64,000 bases of DNA from NCBI GenBank assembly GCA_046047535.1, contig JBJOHS010000023.1, positions 9,031-73,030 on the forward strand, read 5' to 3'. A program made the translations under genes and the position numbers. This stretch comes from Pseudomonadota bacterium (lineage in GTDB: Bacteria > Pseudomonadota > Gammaproteobacteria > Burkholderiales > Burkholderiaceae_A). How positions within the stretch are numbered: the stretch's first letter is position 1; every line of letters starts with the position of its first letter. Shown here in pieces: positions 51,112 to 59,766 of the stretch. Under the pieces are notes generated by a model. The model was not told where the DNA came from, searched no databases, and saw only the letters and a list, made by a program, of their open reading frames with translations.

Positions 51112-51927
51112 ATGAGCCAGGCCACCCCTGTTCTATCCGTCAATGGTATCGAGGTCATCTATAACCATGTGATCTTGGTCTTGAAGGGGGTGTCGCTGGC
51201 TGTCCCGAAGGGGGGTATTGTTGCCCTCCTTGGGGGCAATGGCGCGGGAAAGACAACGACCCTTCGCGCCATCTCGAATCTGCTCAAAGGAGAGCGTGGC
51301 GAGGTAACGAAGGGCTCGATTGAGTTTAAAGGTGAGCGGGTGGAATCCCTCACCCCTGCCGACTTGGTGCAACGGGGGGTGGTGCAGGTTATGGAAGGCC
51401 GGCACTGTTTCGCCCACCTCACTATCGAAGAAAATCTGATGTCCGGCGCCTACACCAGCCGGCCGAGCCGCGGAGAAATGCAGGCCATGCTCGATAAGGT
51501 GTACACCTATTTCCCCCGCCTGAAGGTACGTAAGAACACGCAGGCGGCTTATACATCGGGCGGAGAACAGCAGATGTGCGCCATTGGCCGCGCCATCATG
51601 ACTAAGCCTGACACGATCCTGCTCGATGAGCCTTCGATGGGGCTTGCCCCGCAGATCGTGGAAGAGGTCTTTCACATCGTTCAAGACCTCAATGCCCGGG
51701 AGGGCGTGAGTTTTTTACTTGCCGAGCAAAACACCATGGTCGCACTGCGTTTTGCCCAGTACGGCTATATTCTTGAGAACGGTCGCGTGGTGCTCGATGG
51801 CACGGCAGAAGACCTGCGAAACAACGAAGACGTGAAGGAGTTCTACCTCGGCGTCTCGTCGGGATCAGACCGTAGCTCCTTTAAAGAGGTGAAGTCCTAT
51901 CGTCGTCGCAAGCGCTGGTTGGCCTAG
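51112..51927 (+). CDS. HAAT-type ABC transporter ATP-binding protein (LivF-like)
   Basis: GGNGAGKTT, SGGEQQM, LLDEPSMGLAP and EQN. Confidence 0.93.
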   Translation: MSQATPVLSVNGIEVIYNHVILVLKGVSLAVPKGGIVALLGGNGAGKTTTLRAISNLLKGERGEVTKGSIEFKGERVESLTPADLVQRGVVQVMEGRHCFAHLTIEENLMSGAYTSRPSRGEMQAMLDKVYTYFPRLKVRKNTQAAYTSGGEQQMCAIGRAIMTKPDTILLDEPSMGLAPQIVEEVFHIVQDLNAREGVSFLLAEQNTMVALRFAQYGYILENGRVVLDGTAEDLRNNEDVKEFYLGVSSGSDRSSFKEVKSYRRRKRWLA

Positions 51928-51929
51928 TG

Positions 51930-53192
51930 ATGGCAAATAACCTCGAGACTCTTGAGCAGCGGCAGCCTGCTCAGCGTAATGCAGATCTTCTTGCCGGGTT
52001 AAATAAGGCGCTGACCCACGCTAAGGCGCATGCTCCCTACTATGCCGAGGCGCTTGCTGCGTTACCCGCTGGGGGCCTTACATCTCTTGAACAACTAGCC
52101 TCGCTACCGGTCACCCGTAAGTCCGACCTCTCTGCGCAGCAGTCGGCAAAGCCGCCTCTCGGTGGAATGTTGGCTGTTCCCCCTACCGCCTTGAGAAGAA
52201 TATTTCAGTCGCCGGGCCCAATATACGAGCCGCAGGGGATGGCCATCGATGTTTTTCGTACCGCTCGGGCGCTCCGTGCGGCAGGCTTTGCTGCAGGCGA
52301 CTTGGTGCACAACAGCTTTTCCTACCATCTCTCACCCGGAGCATGGATCATGGAAGGAGGCCTGCACGCCCTCGGATGCTGGGTATTGCCCGCGGGTGTC
52401 GGCCAGACAGAGCTTCAGGCTCAGGCCATGGCACAGCTTCAGCCAGCAGGTTATGTGGGTACACCGAGTTTTCTCAAGCTTATTTTGGAGAAGGCCGATG
52501 AGCTAGGACTATCGGTATCTAGCCTTCGAAAGGCGGCAGTTTCGGGTGAGGCCCTCACCCCTTCAATGCGGGAATGGTTCGCCAGTCGGGGGCTGACTTC
52601 TATGCGGTCGGTCTACGCCACAGCAGACCTTGGAATGATCGCCTACGAAGGGGCTGATCCGAGCCAGGGCATGATTATCGACGAAGAGATTGTCTTGGAG
52701 ATTGTCGAGCCTGGCGGTAGCCAGCCAATGCCACTGGGTGAGACAGGTGAGGTCGTCGTCACCCACTTCGGATCTGACTACCCGATGATTCGTTTTGCCA
52801 CAGGAGATCTCTCTGCGATCGACCCTGCCTCCGTTGATCTGCCATCGGTATGCGGTCGAACCAATCTGCGTATTAAGGGATGGTTAGGGCGTGCGGACCA
52901 GACAACCAAGGTTCGGGGGATGTTTGTCCATCCTGGGCTCGTTGCAGCCATTGTCAGGCGTTTTCCCCAGATAACCAAGGCCCGATTGGTACTCACCGGA
53001 CGTCTCGGTGAAGATGTTATGACGTTACGCTGCGCCCTGGCAGAGGGCATAGAACGCAGTGATGACCTGCGCGTGCAGATCGCCGACAGCGTTCGTGATG
53101 TTACGCGGTTACGTGGTGAGGTTGGGTTTGCTTCTGCCAATGATCTGCCCGACGATGGAAAACTCATCGAGGATGCACGCGACTATCGCTAG
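51930..53192 (+). CDS. Phenylacetate-CoA ligase (PaaK)-like AMP-binding protein
   Basis: LPVTRKSDL, GTPSFL, YATADLG, RFATGDL and GRADQ..KVRGMFVHP. Confidence 0.85.
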   Translation: MANNLETLEQRQPAQRNADLLAGLNKALTHAKAHAPYYAEALAALPAGGLTSLEQLASLPVTRKSDLSAQQSAKPPLGGMLAVPPTALRRIFQSPGPIYEPQGMAIDVFRTARALRAAGFAAGDLVHNSFSYHLSPGAWIMEGGLHALGCWVLPAGVGQTELQAQAMAQLQPAGYVGTPSFLKLILEKADELGLSVSSLRKAAVSGEALTPSMREWFASRGLTSMRSVYATADLGMIAYEGADPSQGMIIDEEIVLEIVEPGGSQPMPLGETGEVVVTHFGSDYPMIRFATGDLSAIDPASVDLPSVCGRTNLRIKGWLGRADQTTKVRGMFVHPGLVAAIVRRFPQITKARLVLTGRLGEDVMTLRCALAEGIERSDDLRVQIADSVRDVTRLRGEVGFASANDLPDDGKLIEDARDYR

Positions 53193-54360
53193 TGGGAGGT
53201 CTAATGGGAGAAGGCTCGCCCAGAGTCGATCGGTCCTATTTCTTTCTGCCGCCATCCCGTTCATTCTAATGAGTAGGCCCGTGTACCCCCAGCAGGTCGA
53301 AGACCGCATTGCCGATATGATGACGGGAGGATGGCGTGGACAGGCCACCCATCAGCTCGTGGGGCAGGCGGCTCCACCCGCGGCATCCATCCGCCCGCTC
53401 AGTACATCACCGGTATCCGAGACCCCCGCCTGGAGTGAGTTTCGTAAATATGCAGACCTCCGGTTTGATCTCTCTCCCACTCGAGTTGTATTGATCGCCC
53501 GAGCGGGGCGTCTGGAATATGCTCGGTATCTGCAGGGTAAGGCAGACCCGTTGTCGACTCCCATCGGTAATTCCATGTCCAAGAGTCTTGTCTCGCTCGC
53601 GGTCGGCAAGGCAGTCTGTTCGGGTGATCTCAAGAGTCTTGAGGAACCCTTGGCTAGTCTTCTGCCTGATCTTCGCGGCACCTCCTGGGGCGCCACCTCC
53701 GTACGCGATACGTTGCGTATGTCGTCTGGGGCGTTCATTGGGGATACGTTACGGCCCACCGGATGGCGGGACGAAGAAGACACCAAAGTGAATCGGGCGG
53801 TTTATTCGCGGCAGCTTACCCGTTCGTACATTGATTTAATGAAGCGCTTTGACCAGAAGGCGGTTCCTCCGGGTCGCCAGTTCAACTATAACAATTACGA
53901 TACGGTCGCCCTCGGGCTGGCCGTTGAGGCCGCTACGCGGCGCCCCTTTGCGAGCTATTTCTCTGAGGCAGTCTGGGCAGAGGTGGGTGCGGAATCCCAG
54001 GGGGCCTGGGTCACTAACGAGAAGGGAGAAGTGGCAGGGTATTTTGGCTTTAGTGCCCGGCCTGCCGACTGGTTGCGTCTCGGCATCTGGGTTCTCGAGC
54101 AGCGAACAAAAGACGACTGCTTTGGTCAGTACCTACGTCTGGCAACTACGCATCAGATTGATGCAAATTGGCCGTTGAATAAGTCGTATGGGTATCAGAT
54201 CTGGACGAACTGCACCAAGAAGCCCGGAACATTCTGCTTTCTCGGCAATCATGGCCAACAACTTATCTTTAACCCCGACACGCAGTCGGTGCTCTATGTG
54301 CACGCGACAAGTAATGCCACCAACATGGTCTGGCGCGAGGTCTTTGACCGCCTTCCCTAG
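53173..54360 (+). CDS. Serine hydrolase, beta-lactamase class C / esterase family; start uncertain
   Basis: SMSK (SxxK), LRMSSG, FNYNN (YxN), DWLRLG, YGYQIW and GNHGQ. Confidence 0.8.
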   Translation: MHATIASGRSNGRRLAQSRSVLFLSAAIPFILMSRPVYPQQVEDRIADMMTGGWRGQATHQLVGQAAPPAASIRPLSTSPVSETPAWSEFRKYADLRFDLSPTRVVLIARAGRLEYARYLQGKADPLSTPIGNSMSKSLVSLAVGKAVCSGDLKSLEEPLASLLPDLRGTSWGATSVRDTLRMSSGAFIGDTLRPTGWRDEEDTKVNRAVYSRQLTRSYIDLMKRFDQKAVPPGRQFNYNNYDTVALGLAVEAATRRPFASYFSEAVWAEVGAESQGAWVTNEKGEVAGYFGFSARPADWLRLGIWVLEQRTKDDCFGQYLRLATTHQIDANWPLNKSYGYQIWTNCTKKPGTFCFLGNHGQQLIFNPDTQSVLYVHATSNATNMVWREVFDRLP

Positions 54361-54416
54361 TAGCCTACCGAGTAGGCATTAGAGGGAGAGACTACGATTT
54401 TTCGAAGTGGGATCGT

Positions 54417-55328
54417 CTAGCAGGAAGAAGCCGACTTTTTACTGAGCCAGGCGGGCCCAGCCTTTGCGCCGCTCTTACGTGCAAGGGCCGAAGAGATAAA
54501 GGCGCCGGCCTCGCAGAGGGCGTCAAAATCAATGCCTGTCTCCAACCCAAGCCCATGCAGGAGGTATACAAGATCTTCCGTGGCGACATTACCTGTCGCA
54601 CCCTTCGCGTAGGGGCAGCCGCCGAGCCCAGCCACCGATCCATGAAAAATTGAGACGCCGGCTTCTAGAGCAGCATAAACGTTGGCAATCGCCTGGCCAT
54701 AGGTATCATGAAAATGGCCGCTAAATTTCTCTAGGTCGTGATGCTGTGCGATTGCCCTAAACAGGCGCTTGGTCTTCTCAGGGGTTCCCACCCCGATGGT
54801 ATCGGCGATATCGATCTCGTGGCAGCCCAGATCCATCATGCGATCCACCACCGCCAACACCTGAGACGGGGAGATTTCTCCTTCATAGGGGCAGCCAAGG
54901 CTACAGGAGATACTCCCTCGCAGGGCTATCCCATCTGTTTTGGCAGCCTGGGCCACGGGACGAAATCGCGCGATCGACTCTGCCACGCTGCAGTTAATGT
55001 TTTTCTGGGAAAACGTTTCTGAGGCGGCGCTGAAAATAACAACTTCATCAGCCTGTGCCATGGCCGCTGCTTCATAGCCCTTGAGGTTGGGTGTAAGCAC
55101 CGAGTACCAGGTACCTGGCTGCCGCCGAATGCCGGCCATGACTGCAGCACCATCGGCCATCTGCGGCACCCATTTGGGAGAGACGAAAGAGGCCGATTCA
55201 ACATTTACGACACCCGCCTCTGCCAGTCGTTCGATCAGGCTAATTTTTGTTTCGGTGGATACCTCTGCCTTTTCGTTCTGAAGGCCGTCTCGCGGGCTGA
55301 CCTCTACAACCTTAACACGCTGCTTCAT
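54417..55328 (-). CDS. liuE: Hydroxymethylglutaryl-CoA lyase
   Basis: EVSPRDGLQNE, SFVSPKWVPQMAD, HFHDTYG and GLGGCPYAKGATGNVATED. Confidence 0.95.
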   Translation of the reverse strand: MKQRVKVVEVSPRDGLQNEKAEVSTETKISLIERLAEAGVVNVESASFVSPKWVPQMADGAAVMAGIRRQPGTWYSVLTPNLKGYEAAAMAQADEVVIFSAASETFSQKNINCSVAESIARFRPVAQAAKTDGIALRGSISCSLGCPYEGEISPSQVLAVVDRMMDLGCHEIDIADTIGVGTPEKTKRLFRAIAQHHDLEKFSGHFHDTYGQAIANVYAALEAGVSIFHGSVAGLGGCPYAKGATGNVATEDLVYLLHGLGLETGIDFDALCEAGAFISSALARKSGAKAGPAWLSKKSASSC

Positions 55329-55336
55329 AAGGACCC

Positions 55337-56485
55337 CTAGTGGCGCCCGCCATTGTCGCGAAGCGCTCGACCAATAATAATTTTCTGTATGTCACTCGTG
55401 CCCTCGTAGATCTGACAGACCCGAACATCACGATAAAAGCGCTCCACCGGGAAGTCTCTTACCACGCCATAGCCTCCGAGAACCTGTATTGCGTGGGAGC
55501 AGACCCGCTCGGAGACTTCACTGGCAAAGAGTTTGGCCATTGCCGCCTCCTTCATACAGGCGTGTCCTGCATCTTTAAGACTTGCCGCATGCCAGATCAG
55601 TTGCCGCGCCGCCTCCAATTCTGTGGCCATGTCTGCCAGCCGGAACTGTACAGCCTGGTGATCAAACAGGGGTTTACCGAATGCCTGCCTATCTTGGGCA
55701 TAGGCCAGTGCTGCCGTAAAGGCGCCGCGGGCCATACCCACCGACTGCGAGGCGATGCCAATACGCCCCCCCTCGAGCCCCGAGAGGGCGATCTTGTAAC
55801 CTTGCCCTTCCTCTCCGATCAGATAGCGCGCAGGGATACGGCAGTCTTCAAAAATAATTTGGGCGGTATCGCTTGAATGCTGGCCAATCTTCTCCTCCAG
55901 GCGGGCGACTACATAGCCTGGTGTATCGGTGGGCACAATGAAGGCAGACATTCGGCGGTTGGGTGGGCCCTCTCCAGTGACAGCGATCACAATGGCTACC
56001 TGGGCGTTCTTGCCGCTCGTAATAAACTGCTTGACGCCAGAAAGTACGTAGTCATCTCCATCCCGCCGGGCTGTGCACTGGATCTCTGCAGCGTTTGAGC
56101 CTGCCTGAGGTTCGGTCAGGCAGAATGCGCCGAGCCATGTACCCTGGGCAAGCGGCATCAAAAATGTCTTCTTCTGCTCTTCCGTGCCAAAGGCCTGCAA
56201 GATGCTGCAGACCGGGCAGTTATTGACCGAGATGGCCGTGCTGGTGCCGCCATCGGCAGCGGCAATTTCCTCGATGATCAATGAGAGGCTCACAGCATCT
56301 AGGCCGGCACCGCCATAGGCCTCCGGTACCATCACGCCATAGCATCCCAATGCGCCGAGTTGCCGGTGAATATCGTGGGGAAAGGTGTGGTGTAGATCCC
56401 AGTCGGCCGCGCGTGGCGCAATCTCGGCCTTACAGAAGTCCGCGACGGCATCACGAACCATGATCTGATCTTGTGTGAGTATCAT
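55337..56485 (-). CDS. Short/branched-chain acyl-CoA dehydrogenase
   Basis: FCLTEPQAGS, G.KQFITSG, GGRIGIA, QVLGGYG and IYEGTSDIQ. Confidence 0.92.
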   Translation of the reverse strand: MILTQDQIMVRDAVADFCKAEIAPRAADWDLHHTFPHDIHRQLGALGCYGVMVPEAYGGAGLDAVSLSLIIEEIAAADGGTSTAISVNNCPVCSILQAFGTEEQKKTFLMPLAQGTWLGAFCLTEPQAGSNAAEIQCTARRDGDDYVLSGVKQFITSGKNAQVAIVIAVTGEGPPNRRMSAFIVPTDTPGYVVARLEEKIGQHSSDTAQIIFEDCRIPARYLIGEEGQGYKIALSGLEGGRIGIASQSVGMARGAFTAALAYAQDRQAFGKPLFDHQAVQFRLADMATELEAARQLIWHAASLKDAGHACMKEAAMAKLFASEVSERVCSHAIQVLGGYGVVRDFPVERFYRDVRVCQIYEGTSDIQKIIIGRALRDNGGRH

Positions 56486-56488
56486 GGC

Positions 56489-57682
56489 CTAGAGCAACTC
56501 AACGCCAACCGCGGTAGCTTCGCCGCCTCCGATGCAGAGGCTTGCGAGCCCCCGACGCGCACCACTTTGTTGTAAGGCATAGAGCAGGGTCACAAGGATA
56601 CGAGCACCTGAGGCCCCAATAGGGTGGCCCAGCGCGCAGGCTCCGCCGTGGATATTCATCCGGTCATGGCCAATGTCTAATTCCTTCATCGCAGACATCG
56701 CCACCACAGCGAAAGCCTCGTTGACCTCCCAGAGGTCCACATCCGAAACAGACCAATTGTTAGCCTGCAGCAGCCGATGGATTGCGCCGATGGGTGCGGT
56801 TGGAAACTTTGGAGGCGCGTCGGCATAGGTACTGTGCCCCACCATACGGGCAATCGGTCTTAGCCCGAGACGCTCGGCGGTCGATAGCCGCGTCATAACA
56901 AGGGCGGCTGCGCCGTCGCTGATCGAAGAGGATGAGGCGGCTGTGACAGTGCCGTCTTTTGCAAAAGCAGGCTTGAGTCCAGGGATTTTGTCTATTCTTG
57001 CGGTTCGGGGCCCTTCGTCGGTAGCGACTGTGGTGGCCCCTTTACGTTCCTGAATGTCGACGGGGGCGATCTCGTGGGCAAAGTGGCCAGACGCCGTCGC
57101 AGCCTGGGCCCTCTGTACGGAGGCGATTGCAAATTCGTCTTGCATGGATCGGCTAAATCCATAATCACGGGCGCAGTCCTCTCCAAAAGTGCCCATAGAC
57201 CGCCCTTTTTCGTAGGCATCTTCCAGACCATCAAGCATCATGTGGTCGTAGAGACGGTCGTGGCCTAGTCGATAGCCACCGCGCCCCTTCATGACAAGAT
57301 AGGGAGCCTGGCTCATGCTTTCCATACCTCCGGCGATCATTACTTCCGCAGCGCCGACAGCGAGGCTATCGTGGGCAGTCATGACCGCACGCATCCCTGA
57401 GCCACACATTTTGTTGATCGTCGTACAGCCGGCTGATAGCGGCAGCCCCGCACCAAGTGCTGCCTGACGTGCGGGGGCCTGGCCTTGTCCCGCAGGCAGA
57501 ACGCAGCCAAAAACCAGTTCGCTCACAGACTCTGGCGGGATCCCAGACCGGGTAATGGCCGCTCGAATCGCCACGGCCCCAAGTGCCGGTGCGGGCAGAG
57601 AGGAGAGCTCCCCCTGTAGATTACCCATGGGGGTTCGTGCGGCAGAGACGAAGACAATTGGATCATCGGTGATGGGCGTCAT
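56489..57682 (-). CDS. Acetyl-CoA C-acyltransferase (thiolase)
   Basis: NKMCGSG, NEAF, GHPIGASG and CIGGGE; ATGA overlap with liuR. Confidence 0.95.
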   Translation of the reverse strand: MTPITDDPIVFVSAARTPMGNLQGELSSLPAPALGAVAIRAAITRSGIPPESVSELVFGCVLPAGQGQAPARQAALGAGLPLSAGCTTINKMCGSGMRAVMTAHDSLAVGAAEVMIAGGMESMSQAPYLVMKGRGGYRLGHDRLYDHMMLDGLEDAYEKGRSMGTFGEDCARDYGFSRSMQDEFAIASVQRAQAATASGHFAHEIAPVDIQERKGATTVATDEGPRTARIDKIPGLKPAFAKDGTVTAASSSSISDGAAALVMTRLSTAERLGLRPIARMVGHSTYADAPPKFPTAPIGAIHRLLQANNWSVSDVDLWEVNEAFAVVAMSAMKELDIGHDRMNIHGGACALGHPIGASGARILVTLLYALQQSGARRGLASLCIGGGEATAVGVELL

Positions 57683-58080
57683 AGTTTCCTCAGGAGTTTC
57701 TGGCACTGCTTTTCATGGGAGGCAATTTCTTTGAGTTGTAACTCAATATCGTGGAGCTTTATTTCGAGTTCTTTGCGATGGGCGACGAGAGTACTGAGAA
57801 ATTTCTCGAGCTGGGCTTTCGAGCCACCTGGACGGTCGTAGAGATCAAGAATTGACTGGATCTCTGCTAAGGAAAAGCCAAGCCGCTTACCCCGTAAGGT
57901 GAGCCGCAACCGGGTCTTGTCAGCATTACTAAATACCCGCACCCGACCGTTGCCTCGTCGGACAGGATGCAGCAGACCCTTGTCTTCATAGAGTCGAATG
58001 GTACGTGTGGACACAGAAAACTCTTCGGCAAGGTCGCGAATGGTGAACTGGGCCGAACCGGAGGAAGACGCACGTGCCAT
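57679..58080 (-). CDS. liuR: MerR-family regulator LiuR
   Basis: FTIRDLAEEF.VS.RTIR.YED.GLL.P.R and RL.L.LRGKRLGFSL.EI..ILDLY; liu gene context and adjacent LiuR box. Confidence 0.9.
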   Translation of the reverse strand: MARASSSGSAQFTIRDLAEEFSVSTRTIRLYEDKGLLHPVRRGNGRVRVFSNADKTRLRLTLRGKRLGFSLAEIQSILDLYDRPGGSKAQLEKFLSTLVAHRKELEIKLHDIELQLKEIASHEKQCQKLLRKL

Positions 58081-58085
58081 GTCGA

Positions 58086-58117
58086 TTGACGTTAACGTTA
58101 GCGTCACCTAAAGTCAA
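58086..58117. promoter_or_regulatory. LiuR operator plus two overlapping divergent sigma70 promoters
   Basis: TTGACGTTAACGTTAGCGTCA (58086-58106). Plus strand TTGACG-17-TAAAGT; minus strand TTGACT-17-TAACGT. Confidence 0.8.
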
Positions 58118-58121
58118 GGTT

Positions 58122-58898
58122 ATGCAGATTAGAGATCACACCTTTATCGTCACAGGCGCCGCCTCAGGGCTGGGGGCTGCAGTCACCCATGATCTTATCG
58201 GGCGAGGTGCCCGTGTAGTGTTGGCCGATCTAGCAGAAGAACAGGGAGTTCGGCTAGCGGGTCAACTGGGCGAGACCGCACGGTTCGTGCCTACCGATGT
58301 TTGTAGCGAAGTCAGTGCGCAGGCTGCCGTCGATGCTGCCGTGGCTGCCTTTGGGGGCCTTCATGGCCTTGTGAATTGCGCCGGGGTTGCACCTGCCGAA
58401 AAGGTACTGGGCAAAGAGGGGCCGCACCGCCTTGCGTCTTTTCAGAAGGTTATATCCATCAACCTGATTGGCAGCTTCAATATGGTTCGGCTTGCGGCCC
58501 AGGCGATGGTACAGACTGACCAGATCTCGGGCGGGTCGGAGTCTGTGGCGGGCGTAATCGTGAATACCGCCTCAGTAGCCGCCTACGAGGGCCAGGTCGG
58601 GCAGGCGGCTTATGCGGCGTCGAAAGGGGGGGTCGTTGCCATGACATTACCGATTGCCCGAGAACTTGCCCGTAGTCGAATTCGGGTCATGACCATTGCC
58701 CCAGGCATTATGGCTACCCCGATGCTTCTCGGGATGCCCCAGGAGGTCCAGGACAGTCTCAATAAGTCTGTTCCTTTCCCTTCGCGTATGGGGTTGCCCG
58801 AGGAGTTTTCTCGGTTGGTTGCAGATGTTATCGAAAACGATTATCTCAATGCAGAGGTTATTCGTATCGATGGTGCGATTCGAATGGCCGGAAAGTAG
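58122..58898 (+). CDS. SDR-type 3-hydroxyacyl-CoA dehydrogenase (HSD17B10 / type II-like)
   Basis: TGAASGLG, VNCAG, NTASVAA.EGQ.GQAAYAASK.GV and PFP.R.G.PEEF. Confidence 0.92.
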   Translation: MQIRDHTFIVTGAASGLGAAVTHDLIGRGARVVLADLAEEQGVRLAGQLGETARFVPTDVCSEVSAQAAVDAAVAAFGGLHGLVNCAGVAPAEKVLGKEGPHRLASFQKVISINLIGSFNMVRLAAQAMVQTDQISGGSESVAGVIVNTASVAAYEGQVGQAAYAASKGGVVAMTLPIARELARSRIRVMTIAPGIMATPMLLGMPQEVQDSLNKSVPFPSRMGLPEEFSRLVADVIENDYLNAEVIRIDGAIRMAGK

Positions 58899-58904
58899 AC
58901 AGCA

Positions 58905-58940
58905 CAAAAAACAAAACCCCCAGCTTTTGGCCGGGGGTCT
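58905..58940 (-). terminator. Intrinsic terminator of rpmBG
   Basis: Minus strand GACCCCCGGC-CAAAA-GCTGGGGGTT followed by TTGTTTTTT. Confidence 0.85.
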
Positions 58941-58988
58941 CTCTTGCTTCGGAGGGTAAAACGGAAGCGAAGAACTCTGAGTGCGTGG

Positions 58989-59156
58989 CTACTTAATCTT
59001 TGCCTCTTTGTACATCACATGCTTACGCGCACGGGGATCAAACTTTTTGATCTCAATCTTCTCGGGTGTGGTCTTCTTATTCTTGGTGGTGGTGTAGAAA
59101 TGCCCTGTTCCTGCTGAAGACTCTAACTTGATTTTTTCGCGACCTGACTTTGCCAT
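58989..59156 (-). CDS. rpmG: 50S ribosomal protein L33
   Basis: Absent from the ORF track (55 aa). Manual translation: [55 protein letters not shown]. Confidence 0.98.
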   Translation of the reverse strand: MAKSGREKIKLESSAGTGHFYTTTKNKKTTPEKIEIKKFDPRARKHVMYKEAKIK

Positions 59157-59224
59157 GGTGGATGTCCGCTACGTGTAGGTTTCGTGGTTAAAAAAAATGA
59201 ATAGGACTTGCGCCTATCCGCGGC

Positions 59225-59452
59225 CTAACCGCGTGAACGCAAATCGGCAAGCACGGCCTCAATGCCATTTTTCGTGATCGTGCGAACCGCGGCCGCTGAT
59301 ACACGAAGGCGGACCCAGCGACGCTCGCTCTCCACCCAGAATTTTCTGTACTGGAGATTGGGTAGAAATCGACGCTTTGTCTTGTTGTTCGCGTGAGAAA
59401 CGTTGTTTCCAACCATTGGTTTTTTGCCGGTTACTTGGCAAACACGAGCCAT
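59225..59452 (-). CDS. rpmB: 50S ribosomal protein L28
   Basis: [32 protein letters not shown]. Confidence 0.98.
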   Translation of the reverse strand: MARVCQVTGKKPMVGNNVSHANNKTKRRFLPNLQYRKFWVESERRWVRLRVSAAAVRTITKNGIEAVLADLRSRG

Positions 59453-59611
59453 GATAATTCCTTAAAAATTGCGACTATCGCGGGTAAACGGATGCTGAAA
59501 CTATTTGAACCAACTCTTTTAGCGTCATTCTCGCGATATTTGAACGCTTTATCGCAGATGAACGAGGAAAGAACGGAGACCAAAGCGCTAGCTCTTTAGC
59601 AAAGATTGTCG

Positions 59612-59640
59612 ATTGTAATCAGCCACGTGGCTGAGGTCAA
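59612..59640 (-). promoter_or_regulatory. Sigma70 promoter of rpmB-rpmG
   Basis: TTGACC (59640-59635)-17 nt-TACAAT (59617-59612). Confidence 0.8.
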
Positions 59641-59766
59641 CTTTGCCTGGCGGGCATCTGCGACAACTGGGGTCTGGTCAACGGGCCCGTGCCGAGTCCT
59701 TCTTAGGCCAGGCTTAGACGATAATGGCTTGAGCATCGGTCTCGCGCGGACTGGGAATTTAAATAG

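Noticed and set aside
53173-54360. Beta-lactam resistance gene
   Set aside because: SxxK and YxN are shared with esterases and amidases, no KTG triad is evident, and the context is acyl-CoA metabolism.
58074-58107. ORF-track N-terminal extensions 'LTLTL' and 'VNVNVN' at 58074-58107 and 40195-40241
   Set aside because: These are translations of the LiuR operator repeats, not protein sequence.
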